Origin: Squalus acanthias
Lineage: Eukaryota
Reading direction: 5' to 3'
NCBI GenBank assembly: GCA_030390025.1
Contig: CM059432.1
Span: 90,460,001 to 90,524,000 of the forward strand
Length of the DNA stretch: 64,000 nucleotides
The notes under the pieces were generated by a model. It had not been told where the DNA came from, did no database searches, and was given only the letters and a program-made list of their open reading frames with translations. This document shows positions 13,409 to 26,932 of the stretch, in pieces. The translations under genes and the position numbers were made by a program. How positions within the stretch are numbered: position 1 is the first letter of the stretch; each line of letters opens with the position of its first letter.

Positions 13409-14111
13409 GGCCCTGAAATTGTAGTCTCCATGATGGCATACTTTTAGCGTACTGCTTCGTAATTCATTTGAAAGCCCCGCATGCGTAAAATCTGGAACTT
13501 GGGATCTGTCTAGGTACACCATGACAGATCATCCGAACTGCCTGAAAAATGAGTATATCTGGCTCAGAGTTGGGCTATTTGCCCAGCAATTGCCCACGCA
13601 ACTTTTACAGCTGGTAAAAGCAGGCATAGGGCCTGCTTAAATCAGCGTGAGGGTATATACAAGGCTTAAATAAAACATTTAAAAATCCAAAATGATGCCA
13701 AATGTGTATGCAAATATTGGCCTGGATTAAGATGTTTAAAATTATTTATCAAAAAATTAAATTGTTATTGAGGTTGGTGCGATGAAGGAAAATAAATTTG
13801 CCATTCAGTATATTGTTTAATTATTAAAATTCTGTACATTGTAAGATTATTTGGGGATTCCATTGCATATCAGGGGATTCCCTTTGTAAATGATTGCAAT
13901 GGAATCCTCCTTTGTCATTGGAGGACCGGGCCCACGTGATCCCAGGGGCGCTTCCGAACTGCCTGGGATCCGTGGGCCTTTATGCTGCCGTCCGCCTGGA
14001 GGCCTGAGATCGCAACTCTTCGCAGCCTGGGCGTCAGGAGGTACTTTCAGAATTGTTTCGTGGGGCAGAAACGTACTCCCGAGGTACGCCTCCGACCGCA
14101 ATTTCTAGGCC
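13409..14111 (+). mobile_element. Harbinger-type MITE, family B (diverged)
   Basis: TIR GGCCCTGAAATTG / CAATTTCTAGGCC; TSD GAT/GAT; hairpin 13855-13907; CACGTG near 13933. Confidence 0.8.
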
Positions 14112-15039
14112 GATATTTTTCCTGCATACAAAAAATTTAAAGGAGAGGGCCCTTTTGATTCCCCAAATGTATAAATGGTCTTACTCATTGAAATGCAATC
14201 AAACTGAGTGAACATATGAATTTTATTAACCAGAGTTAGCAATTGTAAAGCAATTTTATCTGAGTAGACTTTTAAAATTAAATATGCAATCACTTTCATT
14301 ACGGTTGAGGTGAACTATATGGCACAACAACGGGGTGTAACTAGGGAATTGAGAGCTGATTTTAATCCTATCCATTCAGTGGAATATGGGTGTGGATAAT
14401 TAAAATCAGCTGGGTGACCTAGCCACCGACGTCCCACCCAGACCCTACTGTTTTGAATTTTAACCCGCTCTTCTGAGGTGACAAGAACACCTGCCTGAGG
14501 CTGATGGGGTCCTTCTTTAAATATGCAGATCAGGGTCCAATGATGTCATCAGGCTTCGACTGCAATTTTAACTGGTGGCCATAGTAGGGAAGCCATTGTG
14601 GCTTTCCCGCCAGGTGTAGATAGTGGGAAGAGGATCTGGGGCCAGAAGAGTACTAAACAGGTAGGTTTATTTTTTACTTTCCTTGTGGGGTCAGGAGGAG
14701 CAGGAGTGCTCCCGAACACAAGACCCTCCCGAACTTTTCCCTGCGACTTACCACAGTGCTGGCGACTGTTCCTTCGGTGTCGGTCGGCGGCCTCTTGCCA
14801 CCCGAATTTCTGTTCCACCCGCTGGCCTGCTGCTGCTTTGCACCCTTTTTGCTTGGGCAGGTGAGGCTCGGGCGTTAAAATTGCCTGCGCCTCACACTTC
14901 TGAGTTCTTAGGGGTAGTTTGGTGATCTCCTCACATCACTCACCCGCCCGCCTGATTCCAAAATAAAATTGGGGCTATGGGATCGAAGACAGATATCTTG
15001 TGACCCTGGTAGTTACTGCAGCACAGAAAAACTTGGAAA

Positions 15040-15600
15040 ATCTTCGACCACACTTAGACTATTGTGTGCAGTTCTGGTCTCCATATTACAAAAAGGTATA
15101 GAAGCACTGGAGAAAGTGCAAAGATTTACAAGCATAACATCAAAACTGAGAGGGGACAACTATCAGAAAAGACTAAACAGGCTGGGGTTCTTTTCTCTTT
15201 TCTCTGGAAAAGAGGAGACTGAGGGGTGACTTAATAGAGGTTTTTAAATTATAAAGGGTTTCGATAGGGTAGGCGTAGAGAAGATGTTTTCACTTGTGAG
15301 GGAGTCCAAAACTAGAGGACATAAATATAAAATAGTCACCAATAAATCCACTGAGGAATTCAGGAGAAACTCCTTTACTCAGAGAGTGGCAAGAATGTGC
15401 AACTCGCTACCACGTGGAGTGGTTGAGGCGAATAGCATAGATGTATTTAAGGGGAAGCCAGATAAGTACATGATGGAGGAAGGAAAAAAATATGTTGATA
15501 GGGTAAGATGAAATAAGGTGAAGGAGGCTTGTGTGGAGCATAAACACTGGCATAGACCTGTTTGGCCGAATGGCCTGTTTCTGTGTGTAAATTCTAAGTA
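15040..15600 (+). mobile_element. CR1 3' fragment
   Basis: EALEKVQRFT..KTRGHKYK..RRNSFTQRV. Confidence 0.85.
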
Positions 15601-16497
15601 AAAATTGTACTGGAGAGCCAGTCACATTGTCTCGGGCAGCAATTTATCATTCAGATCTGCTCAAAAAATATTTTCACTAACACCCATCCCCCACCCCAGT
15701 TTTATGCAAAACTGTGATACTTGGGTAATTGTGCTAGACACAAACTAGATGTTCATAGGATTGTTATGTGGTGTCACACTTTTGTCAAATCTCATGCATT
15801 CCTTTATGCTATGCTATAGCAGCATGTGTTAGGCTATACAATAGCATAACCCAGATTTTAACTATGTTGCTCTGTGGGTTATACCTTGTAGTAGAGCAGT
15901 CGAAGTCAGGATGGCTGTAGGTGATTTTGAAGAAAATTAGACTTTTAGATATTAAGGCCAGAATTTTCTGGGGTCCGTGCGGGCGCGATTGGAGGAGGGT
16001 CGGATGGGAAATTTGAAATATCTTGCAGCCGGTCGGGAACCCACCATCATCCTGCCCCCACGCGCATTTCCTTCGCGTGTGTTTGCTGGGGTGGCAGCGA
16101 CATGACCAGCAGAGGCGGGCAACCAAATTCAAATCATTAACAGGTAGTTGTCAGATGCTTAAGCGCCTTTTTCAGCCTACCTTTCAAATTTCCCTGGCTG
16201 CCCACGGGATTCACGCAGCTCGGGAACCACGTCTCAGCCTGAGGTGGGAGTTGAGTGCCCAATCCTCCAGCTGATTAGATGATAGCATTAAATGTACTGT
16301 ACTATAAAAGCTCCACCTCACAGCTGGTCACTTTCCTCAGGCAAAAGCTGTTGCTGACTGCATTTAACTTTCTGCATGCTGCAAATGTTTCCAGCAAAGT
16401 CGCCATCCAGTCTCTCCTTATTGTTACAAACTATCACACCATTGACAGCTTGCTCCTCTGATCTCTACTTGACCTGCGATCTATTTCATCAACATGG

Positions 16498-16943
16498 GTG
16501 CCGTTTATACTGTGTCACCTTGGTCCTCAGAATCGGACCACGATGAGCCCCAATGCCAGCAGCACCAACAACAACCCCACCAACCTTCTCAACCACCTGC
16601 TACTGCACAGGACAGAGGGCATCAGCGCAGGGCTGCACCGCGCCGGAGGCGATAACCCCAACATGGTACACAGGCAGAGGATGAGCTTCTTCAACATGAC
16701 TGAGCAGCAGTGCCAAAGGAGGCTCAGGCTATTGCGCCAGGTCATCACAGACATTTGCGCATTGTTCCCAGAGGAGCGGCGTGGACATGCCTTACCAGTG
16801 GCTGTCAAAGTCACCAGCACCCTCGACGACTTTGCCTCTGGCTCCTTCCAGGGATCTGCAGCAGCCATTTGTGGCATCTCACAGTTGGCCGCCCACAGAT
16901 GCATCACGCAGGTCACTGATGCCCTCTTTGACAAGTCAGCCAA
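16498..16943 (+). pseudogene. Harbinger (HARBI1-like) transposase, N-terminal half
   Basis: [39 protein letters not shown]. Confidence 0.85.
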
Positions 16944-18599
16944 GAGGATACTGCCGTAGACATGGTAAAGGAGGAGGTAGTGGAGATACTTGATAGGATA
17001 AAAATTAATAAAGAGGAGGTATTAGAAAGGCTGGCTATACTTAAAGTAGATAAGTCACCAGGAGCGGATGGGATGCATCCTCGGATGTTGAGGGAGGAAG
17101 TCGCGGAGGTACTGGCCATAATATTCCAATCCTCCTTAGATACGGGGTGGTGCCAGAGGACTGGAGAATTGCAAATGTTATACAGGAAACTCTTTGGTAT
17201 CCGGCACCGACGGGACCGGGGTGGTGCCGGTTGAATAAAAATTCCAGATGACGGAGAGGGTTATCTACCGAGGCTATTTTTAACCAACAAAAATAAAAAA
17301 ATCAAGAAATGTGCAGCATACAGTAATTGGGTACTCACCTACAGAATGTTGTGTTAAATGGATGGTGGAAGATGCTTGATTAAGTACAGTACTGCCAGTT
17401 GAGGGTAATCCATAACTCTTTAATTACTTAACAGTAAAACAAAACTTATAAACGACTGTATACAGTACTGTAGTTGACTACACTTATTCCAAGTCAGCTG
17501 GTTCATCAGGAATATCCATGCCAGCTGGGTCATCAGGATCATGCACTTCAACAGATTCTTCAGGCACTTCCGCTGCTTCAACTCTTTTGGAAGCTTTCTT
17601 AAACATGTTGTGGATGTCGGCTTGCTTAGTGGACTCTTACCTTTTCTGTAGAAACATGGAATGCAGAATATGGAGTTGCATAATTTCTTGGGCAGAGTAG
17701 CAAGGCTGCCTTTCAGCAAATTGGAGGATTGAAGAAAATCCTTCTGCAGCTTTAGCCCAAGAAATCTCATCCTTTTCACTTTCCATCTCACTTTCCTTTT
17801 CTTTCTTTGGATTCAAAACACTCTCAATTATTTCATCATCACTTAGCATATGCACAACAGCAACTTCTCTATCTGCATCAACCCACTGCTCGATATCACT
17901 TTCACTGAGGTGACATAGAGGGTTTGCTGGGCCTACATTTTTCACCATGCCAGCCATTTCCATTATTGTACTCTTCTTGGGACGAACATTGAACCCATGA
18001 AATTCCTCCTCTGAAGAAGAACCTTCAGCAAACATTACAGAAGGCCACAATTTGCGCCAGGCTTGCCTCAGAGTTCCAGGAACATGCAACATTATAGATG
18101 GCATCTTTAATACTGTATTCCTTCTGAAATGCGTGAATGTTGCCATCTTGGTTTATCAATTTACGTAGGAAGTCTTTCTTGTAATGACACTTTAGATTTT
18201 GGATAACGCCCTGGTCCATGGGTTGTATGAGAGAAGTTACATTTGGTGGCAAATAAATGGTGAAAATATTTCCCGAAACCAACTTGGATTCATGCGGATG
18301 GGCTCTACAATTATCAAGCATTAAAATGCATTTGCTATCTTCAGGTTTCCCTATTTTACGGAAATGTTCCCTCACAGATGGAACAAAAATATGATGGAAC
18401 CAATAGGAGAAGATTTCCTTATCCATCCAAGCATTTTTTTGATCTTTGTACTCAACAGGTAAATGCCTCACATTTTTAAATGCACGGAGATTTTTATACT
18501 TCCCAATAACAAGAAGTGGAGATGCCGGTGTTGGACTGGGGTGGACAAATGTGAGAAGTCGCACAACACCAGGTTATAGTCCAACAGCTTTATTTGAAA

Positions 18600-18636
18600 T
18601 CACAAGCTTTCGGAGCGCTGCTCCTTCATCAGGTGA
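18600..18636 (-). ncRNA. Minimal hammerhead ribozyme motif (Penelope type)
   Basis: TCAC-CTGATGA-A-GGAGC-AGC-GCTCC-GAAA-GCTT-GTGA on the minus strand. Confidence 0.65.
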
Positions 18637-19002
18637 AGTGAAGAGATGCATATAGTCACAGCATATATCGTCAGAGAACACTGCCAGATGATTACAGTTA
18701 ATCTTTCCAACTGCCCTTTATCACACCTCGGCAGAGAGATAATCACGGCAATCAAAGGTGTGGATGGTATCCAAACAGGTCAGTCAGGAAAACATTACAT
18801 CAAAGACAATGTGGCAGATGCTGGGGTCTGTATGGAAAACAGAAAACTTTTTTTGCTGGAAATCACAGCAGGTCCGGCCGCATCTGTGTAGAGTGATTAT
18901 CTCTCTGCCGAGGTGTGATAAAGGGCAGTGGGAAAGATTAACTGTAATCATCTGGCAGTGTTCTCTGACTATATATGCTGTGACTATATGCATCTCTTCA
19001 CT

Positions 19003-19039
19003 TCACCTGACGAAGGAGCAGCGCTCCGAAAGCTTGTGA
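19003..19039 (+). ncRNA. Minimal hammerhead ribozyme motif (Penelope type)
   Basis: TCAC-CTGACGA-A-GGAGC-AGC-GCTCC-GAAA-GCTT-GTGA, followed by AATAAA at 19045-50. Confidence 0.65.
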
Positions 19040-21136
19040 TTTCAAATAAAGCTGTTGGACTATAACCTGGTGTTGTGCGACTTCTCACAATAACGAGAAG
19101 TTTAACCCGGTGTGATCCAGCAGCGTTCGCACATGTTAGTACGGTTACACAATCTTTATTTTTCTTGTAACCTGAAGCATTAGCCTCACTAGCCCCAGCA
19201 AGCGTTGATTCTGGCAAAAGCCTCCAAAACAAGCCAGTTTCATTGGCATTATATATCTGTGCTGGCGACAAATCATGTTGCTGCACAATCCGATTGAAAT
19301 AATCGCAGTATTCTTCTGCGGCGTCGTGATCAGCTGATTTCTTTTCCCCGGAAATATCGAGTCGTCGTATCCCGTGCCGTAACTTGAAGCACGTTAGCCA
19401 TCCCTCGGAGAAAGCACACTTGTCAGTGAGCTCCATCCTTTCATAGAAATCCTTCGCTTTCTCGATTAGCATGAGTCCGGAAAGTGGAACACCCTCTGAA
19501 TGCTTAAGAGAAAACCACTCATAAAGCACGGTATCCAGCTCTTCAAGCTTAGGCTTACGAAGCGTACGCCGTTTCTCTACACTCTTAGATGTCTCCGAGC
19601 TTGAATAAAACTTGAGAAACTTATCCTTCTGCGATTTGATGTCGTAGATTGTTGACGAACCGATTTTGAATTCATTCATAATGTTGATACGCTTCTCTTC
19701 CCTTTCTAGTCGTTGGCATATCTCGATTTTCTGTTATAAAGTTAACACCACTCTCTTCCTTTTGCTTGGAGCAGCTTTTGGGAATTCCATAATGCAAGAT
19801 GGGGGAGATAATTCACGATAAAGATGGAGAGACACACACAAAAATGGTGGCTCGGAAGAGACTACCAGCAGCGCGGGAGACACACAGTAAAATGGCGGAT
19901 CAGAAGAGACTACCGGCAGTGTGGGAGAATTAGACTCCTGTTATTGCGGTGTTCGGACTTCCCACAGCGCCGGGAAGCCGAGTAGTGGCACTTTGGAGAA
20001 CTACCCCCACTGACTAACTTGATGTTCGCGGGAGACTCGGACTCAGCAACATTGCCGGTTATTGGGGAGGAGTTTTCGGAGTATGAATTTTGCCGGTTAA
20101 TAGAGCATTCCTGATATTTAGGTGCCGTTTAAACGAGAGTTTCCTGTACCATTGTTCAAAAAAGGGTGTAAAGATAAACCCAGCAACTACAGGCCAGTCA
20201 GTTTGACCTCGGTAGTGGGGAAGGCTTTTAGAAACGGTAATAAGGGACAAAATTAACAGTCACTTGGACAAGTGTGGATTAATTAAGGAAAGCCAGCACA
20301 GGTTTGTTAAAGGCAAATCGTGTTCAACTAACTTGATTGAGATCTTTGATGAGGGTAATGCAGTTGACGTAGTGTACATGGATTTCCAAAAGGTGATCGA
20401 CAAAATGCCACAAAGTTGAAGCCCATGCAATAAAAGGGACAGTGGCAGCATGAATACGAAATTGGCTAAGTGATAGGAAACAGAGAGTAGTAGTGAACGG
20501 TTGTTTTTTGGACTGGAGGAAGGTATACAGTGGTGTTCCCCAGGGGTCGGTTCTAGGACCACTGCTTTTCTTGATATATATTAATGACTTGGATGTGGGT
20601 GTACAGGGCACAATTTCAAAATTTGCAGATGACACAAAACTTGGAAGTATAGTGAACAGTGAGGAGAAGAGTGATAGACTTTAGGAAGACATAGACAGGC
20701 TGGTGAAATGGGCGGACACGTGACAGATTAAATTTAACGCAGAAAAGTGTGAAGTGATACATTTTGGTAGAAAGAATGAGGAGAGGAAATATAAACTAAA
20801 GGGTACAATCCTGAAGGGGGTGCACGAACAGAGAGACCTGGGGTATGTGCGCGCAAATCGTTGAAGGTGGAAGAGCAGGTTGAGAAAGCAGTTAAAAAGG
20901 CTTACGGGATCCTGGTCTTCATAAATAGAGGCATAGAGTACAAAAGTGTGGAAATTATGATGAACCTGTATAAAACACTGGTTCGGCCCCAACTGGAGTA
21001 CTGTACCCATTCTGGGCACCACACTTTAGGAAGGATGTGAAGGTGCAGAAAAGATTTACGAGAATGATTCCAGGAATGAGGGACTTCAGTTATGGTGATA
21101 GATTGGAGAAGCTGGGGTTGTTCTCCTTGGAGCAGG

Positions 21137-21835
21137 GAACATAAGAACATAAGAACATAAGAAATAGGAGCAGGAGTAGGCCAATCGGCCCCTCGAGCCT
21201 GCTCCGCCATTCAATAAGATCATGGCTGATCTGATCCTAACCGCCAATCTACTATCTATCATAGAACCATCTCCTGCATCTAACAGAATTGCACACACGA
21301 AATAGGAGCAGAATCCGGCTACACGGTCCCTGGGCCCGCTCCACTACCCACAGGGCCATGACCGATCCGAACCTAGACTCATGTCCAAATTCCTGCCCGC
21401 TCCCCGTAACCCTTAATGCCCTTTACTTCTAGGAAACTGTCTATTTCTGTTTTAAATTTATTTAATGATGTAGCTTCTACAGCTTTTTGTGGCAGCATAT
21501 TCCATGGACCTACCACCCTCTGAGTGAAGTAGTTCCTCCTCATCTCAGTTTTGACAGAGCAGCCCCTTATTCTAAGACTATGTCCCCTAGTTCTAGTCTC
21601 ACCCGTCATCGGGAACATCCTCCCCGCATCCACCCGATCCAACCCCTTCACAATCTTATATGTTTCAATAAGATCGCCTCTCATTCTTCTGAACTCCAAT
21701 GAGTAGAGTCCCAATCTACCCAACCTCTCCTCATATGACCACCCCCTCATCCCCGGGATTAACCGAGTGAACCTTTTTTGCACTGCCTCGAGAGCAAGGA
21801 TGTCTTTCCTTAAGTAAGGACACCAAAACTGTATT
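21137..21835 (-). mobile_element. CR1 3' end inserted antisense into the + strand CR1
   Basis: ORF 21379-21783 (RFTRLIPGMRG..RNYFTQRVV); (AACATAAG)n tail at about 21138-21163. Confidence 0.9.
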
Positions 21836-22226
21836 GATTGAGAGGAGATTTGATAGAGGTGTTCAAACTCATGAGGGGTCTGGACGGAGTAGATAGAGGG
21901 AAACTGTTTCCATTGGCAGAAGGTTTAAGAACCAGAGGACACAGATTTAAGGTGATTGGCAAAAGAACCAAAGGCGACGTAAGAAAAAACTTTTTTACTC
22001 AGCGAGTGGTTAAGATCTGGAATGCACTGTCTGAAAGGGTGGTGGAGGCAGATTCAATCACGGCTTTCAAAAGGGAGTTGGATAAGTATCTGAAGGAAAG
22101 AAATTTGCAGGGCTATGGGGAAAGGGCAGGGGAGTGGGACTAGCTGAAGTGCTCTTGCAGAGAGCCAGCACGGGCTCGACGGGCCAAATGGCCGCCTTCC
22201 GTGCTGTAACCATTCTATGATTCTAT

Positions 22227-22935
22227 ATCAACTTTGCCACTGATGAAGCCAGTGTTACGGAGCGAGTACTCGGCTTTGCCACTCTGGCTGGCTTCCCACG
22301 GGTGCAGGGCGGCATCGACTGCACACGTGGCCATTAGGGCACCCATCATAACCCAGGAGTCTTTGTCAACCACAAGGGCTTCCACTCCTTCAATGTGCAG
22401 CTGGTCTGTAACCATAGGAAGATCATCATGCATGTGTGTGCCAAATTCCCTGGCAGCTGCCATGACTCTTTTGTCCTTTGCCAGTCCACCCTCCCTCAGC
22501 TCTTTGCTCCTCCAACCAGACTTTCCAGTTGGCTGCTTGGAGGAAAGGGCTGTCCACTGAAGACATGGCTCATGACACCCTTGAGGAGACCAAGTACTGA
22601 GGCCCAGGAGAGATACAATGAAAGCCACATTTCCACCAGATGTGTTATGGAGCAGACAATAGGCATACTCAAAATGCGCTTCAGATGCTTTGACAGATCT
22701 TGAGAAGCCCATCAGTACGCACTAGCCAAGGTCTCCAGAATCGTCATGGTCTGCTGCATCCTGCACAACATAACGCAGCAGCGAGGATTAGAGCTGCATG
22801 AGGAGCAAGGCACTGAGCGTACAGCCTCTTCAGAGGAGGAGGAGGAGAGGAGCTGGAGGAACCTGCAGGCCAGATTCCATCAGCACCTGAGCACATTGCT
22901 GCCCGGGAGGCCATGGTTGGCCTCATCATGGCCAG
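22227..22935 (+). pseudogene. Harbinger transposase, C-terminal half
   Basis: [30 protein letters not shown] (degenerate LGDxGYP), [25 protein letters not shown]. Confidence 0.88.
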
Positions 22936-23874
22936 ATTTACTTAAATTTACGCAGCACACCCATATGGCTGCCACATGCTGCGCCAGGTTGGCACCACCC
23001 CACAGCAACACCATAAAGGATCCCTATAATGACCAAGCCATGCCTTTCACACTGACCACCATTGCTGGAGGTACCGTGGTGATAAAAGATTTTTATGGTT
23101 GACAATACATTCACGGAAACTTGACATTAACGTTGAATAGAACACCCAGGTGACTACCCTTGTGAATCTACTTGTGTGTCAGATTTCTTTACGCGTGCTT
23201 CTATGAGGTGCTTCCCCTGTGGCTTCAGTAGAGGTAGAGGCAGCCTGCTCCATATGGAGGGAGTCATTGGAGAACCTGGGTGCAGCCCTCTGCCTCTGTG
23301 CAGTCATGTGTCCAACTGTTTGGAGCAATCAAAGTCTCCAATGCAGTGACTGCACACTCCTAGATGATCCTTCAAATGCAATGTGACCATGGCTCCATTA
23401 AATATCCTGGCTGAAAACGCGTCATTAGACCAGCACCATTTAATAGGGCTGGGTAACGTGCAGGGCGGGCTTAATAGGCCCCATTAGCGCAAAGTTGATT
23501 TCTGCAGCGGATGGAAGCAACAACGGGGTCGCGACCCGCCACGCCGACCGCCCGCACCCGACCCGCCCAGGTAAAGAAAATTCCGGCCTAAGTAACTGTT
23601 TTCCAATTTCTCCATACAAGTCAATCTCCTTTGGTATTGTCCATGGTGAATTGGAGAATACAATCTGTCACTCATGCACCTGATATCCTGCTGAAGCTGT
23701 TGCTGTCTACTGCCTTGTTCCCTGTTTGATGCTAATGTGACACAATTCGACTATGATGCTCCCATGTTTCCTTGCAATCTCAAACAGCATCCAATCCTTA
23801 ATCAATATTCTAAAATAGTAGCAATAATAAAAGATCTCTTCTAGAATAAACAAATGAAAAATGGAATTCATATG

Positions 23875-24615
23875 GGCCCTGAATTTCTGATCGGAGGCTT
23901 CCTGCGGGCGGATGCCTCCGATCAGCAAAAAATCTACGAACCTACCTGCTGGTCCCGGAGATACGGAGGCTTCCGATCCTGGGGCTCTCCTCTTGGAAAT
24001 GTGCAGAGGCCCACATATCCGAGGGGCGCATGTGGTTCGTAAGCACCCCTGGGATCACGTGGGCCAGCTCAACCAATGGAAGAAGGGAATCCCCCTTCAT
24101 ACTTTTGACAGTTCCATGCATACAGAACTGTCAAAAGTATGAATGGGGATGACTACAAAAATGTACCAACACACTGAAATCAATAAAAACCATTACATAT
24201 ATAAAATGGCATTTAATTAAATATGTTAATCAAAAATTTAATTTTTTGAATTTTTTTTATGTTTTAACGGGTCTCAATATAAACTTACCTTATTGGACAG
24301 GGTTTTTAATTTATAAGTGAGTGATAAAATCGTATTTTTCTATTTTTTTAAACTCTTATGCTAGTAAAAGCAGGCCTTTACCAGGTGTAAGAATTCTATG
24401 GCCTTTCAGCGGGCGGAAGTTGAGCAAATAGTGCTACTCTCCACCCGCAGAGGCACTTTTCTTGGGCATGCGGATGATCTGACAAGAGAATTCTTGACAT
24501 CGCAAGTTCCGGGTTTCAGCGCATGCGCTTTGCATGCCTAAATCCGAAACTTGCGCGGTCTCTATGGGCGCGTATGCACCTCGTACGCACTCGTAGGGGT
24601 TGGAAAATATGGGCC
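23875..24615 (-). mobile_element. Harbinger-type MITE, family B (diverged)
   Basis: Ends GGCCCTGAATTT / AAAATATGGGCC; TSD ATG/ATG; GATCACGTG, CCAAT, 19-bp-arm hairpin 24096-24143, ACTTACCT, GCGCATGCGC. Confidence 0.8.
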
Positions 24616-26529
24616 ATGATTACCTAAATCTATCTCTAAAATATTAAGCTAGTTTATGCTATTAAGTAAATTTTGAAAATGATAATTAATGAAATATTAC
24701 ACAGCAAAATATAAAAATGATCAGTCATCTAATGTAACTCAGTAAGATGTTAAAATGATAATTTAAAAAATTAATTGCAAGTATGGTTCTGTCAGTATGT
24801 AATTAAAATGAATTCATATTTCTGAATTAAATATAAACTTTGTATATTTATATTTATTAAATTAGTATTTATGAATTGAACATTTAAAAATAATTTACCA
24901 AAGATGGTTAAATATTTATGAAATTAAAAATGACATAACTTTTAAAAATTATTAAATGAATAAATATTTATTGAAAAGACTTGGTGAAATGCCAACTGAG
25001 TGGAATGGTGGGCGCTGGATGCTAGTATTGAAATCTCCCGAGAGGCAGTTGGGGCTGGATGCAGTGGGAATGACCTGGAGGCGCAATCTCGGGATGGATA
25101 CAGTTAGGAAAATGGAGCAGAATGAAGATGATTGGGGGAGGGGTGGGGTGGGTGGACATGAATTTTTTTTGTAATTAAAAATTATATAAATCTTATAAAA
25201 CTACCAACATGACAGGGAACTTCTTTAATGTAGCCCTGTTGAATTGAAAATTTCTTAGTAGCTTTCTAACAATCTTGCCCCTTCCTCCTCCTTCCCCCCC
25301 CCCACAAAACAAAACGCTATATGAAATATTTTGAAATTGTCTAATTAATTGGAGAAGAAATTTACACATTTTTGAAAGTATTATGTACTATTATAGTTTT
25401 CACTTGTTTACCAAATATTGAGCAGTTTGTACAGTTCTAACAGCCTGCATATTTGAGTTTATTATGACGCTGTGTAGATATGTTTAATTGATGTTAACTA
25501 TACTATGGCAGAACTCTGGATATGCCTTCAGGCAGTCATTCACTGGAATGTTTTGAGTATGTAACAGGTAGTTTATAAAATCGAGATTTGCAAAGGGATT
25601 ATATGAACACTAAATTATTGAATCCATTCCTTAGCTTCCAACTTAGCTTCCAAGACATGTAAATGAATGTCAGGATGAAAATTCGCCATGCATTGGTGCT
25701 CTGGACAACATTTACCCATATTGCGTGTAAGGTCTTGCTGTTTTTTCTCAGAACATTTATTCTGATTTCTTTCCTTATGCATGATTATAATCAGGTGTGC
25801 AGCATTTCAGCATGCTGGGATAGCTAGGAGTTACTGAACGTGAGAATGCCCTTCCTTTCCGCTTCCCAAATTGTGTTTGGTATATAATGTGGCAAGACAA
25901 CAGGATTCAGATAACCGTTGAGTTATCAAGACCTGAGGAACTTGCCTTCAGTATACTTTTTTTCCCACTTTCCCCCACTCTTTCAGTTATTCAGATATTT
26001 GTTCCTTTTCCTTCTTCCTCTTATCTTGCCCCCCTCCCCCCCCCCCGCTCCATCACTATTCAAAGTGTTAGGAGAGCTGCTCAGTTTGGCCCTGTAGTGA
26101 AGCCATGTGATCATTATGGGCCTGAACCCATTAGGGGTGCTGTGGGAAAGTTGTCCCATCAGGAGGTTAAAAATGCTGGCACAGCTGCACTCAGTTCCTG
26201 TCCTAATTGTCTTACTTCATAGCTATGTTTGGGGACAGCAGTTGAAAGGTTACATGGCACATCATATAGGATCTGCCATCTCCCTCTCATATTACAGCAG
26301 TGACAGCTCCTTATCCTTGTCTTTCCTTCTTTCCCTTGACATGAATGTAGACCCTCAAGATTCACAACTGACCGGCTCCTGAGAAACCCAAACCATATTC
26401 ACTAAATCCACTATAAATCTCATTTAACCTACAGTTCTGTAATTTGTGGCACCGACTTAAATTTTGAACCTGCTTTGTGACAAATATAGAATTTTTGTTC
26501 TGATAGACTTGAGAGTTTTATCCTACATA

Positions 26530-26890
26530 AACTCCAACTCATGCAAAACTCTCCGTCTACATCCTATTTGGCACAAGATCCAGCTCATCTATCACTCCTA
26601 ATCCTTGCTGACATCCATTGACGTCCCCTCAGTGTATTGAATTCCAATTCTTCGTCCTTGTCACTAAATCCTTTCACGGCCTTGTCCCTTTTTACCGTTG
26701 CAACCTCCTGCAGCCTTACCAACTCAAGTGGAAGGAGGAGAAACGCTCACTCATTGGTGGCTGGGCCTTGAGTCAATTTGCCCCCTCTGGAACTCCTTCC
26801 CTAAACTGCATTGTCTTGTTGCATTTCTCCCCACATTTAAAAACCTCCTTAAAATCTATCTCTTTGACTGTTTTCCATCACCTATTCTAA
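26530..26890 (+). mobile_element. Degenerate L2-like LINE 3' fragment
   Basis: Remnants resembling ..ITPxLxxxHWL..; PLWNSFPKL..FKNLLKIYLF. Confidence 0.5.
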
Positions 26891-26932
26891 CTCCACTCCT
26901 GGTATGAGGTTCCATGGGAGTTTTCCTACATA

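Larger units (their letters stand above)
18518..19087. mobile_element. Penelope-like inverted-repeat insertion
   Basis: Inverted arms of about 195 bp (18552-18746 / 18893-19087); 14-bp TSD CAATAAC(A/G)AGAAGT at 18504-17 and 19088-101. Confidence 0.8.
17484..19790 (-). pseudogene. Tigger/pogo (CENP-B/TIGD-like) transposase, disrupted
   Basis: [39 protein letters not shown] (D to N), [16 protein letters not shown]-terminal KQADIHNMFKK; carries stops, a frameshift and a 570-bp insertion. Confidence 0.88.
17183..20146 (-). mobile_element. Tigger/pogo DNA transposon
   Basis: Imperfect 26-bp TIRs CAGGAAACTCT...CGGCACC; TA TSD at 17181-82 and 20147-48; removing it restores the CR1 sequence. Confidence 0.92.
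16944..22226 (+). mobile_element. 5'-truncated CR1 LINE inserted in the Harbinger transposase, itself interrupted twice
   Basis: KSPGADGMHPR (17050), [17 protein letters not shown] (20530-20640), 3' ORF end at 22143, (TTCTATGA)n tail. Confidence 0.9.
15956..23588 (+). mobile_element. Harbinger/PIF DNA transposon hosting nested insertions
   Basis: TIR GGCCAGAATTTTCT / AGAAAATTCCGGCC; TSD TAA on both sides; transposase split into 16498-16943 and 22227-22935. Confidence 0.9.

Noticed and set aside
14350..14990. Probable further Harbinger-type non-autonomous elements (also 4202-4430, 27240-27680)
   Set aside because: Motif style fits, but paired TIRs and TSDs could not be fixed with confidence
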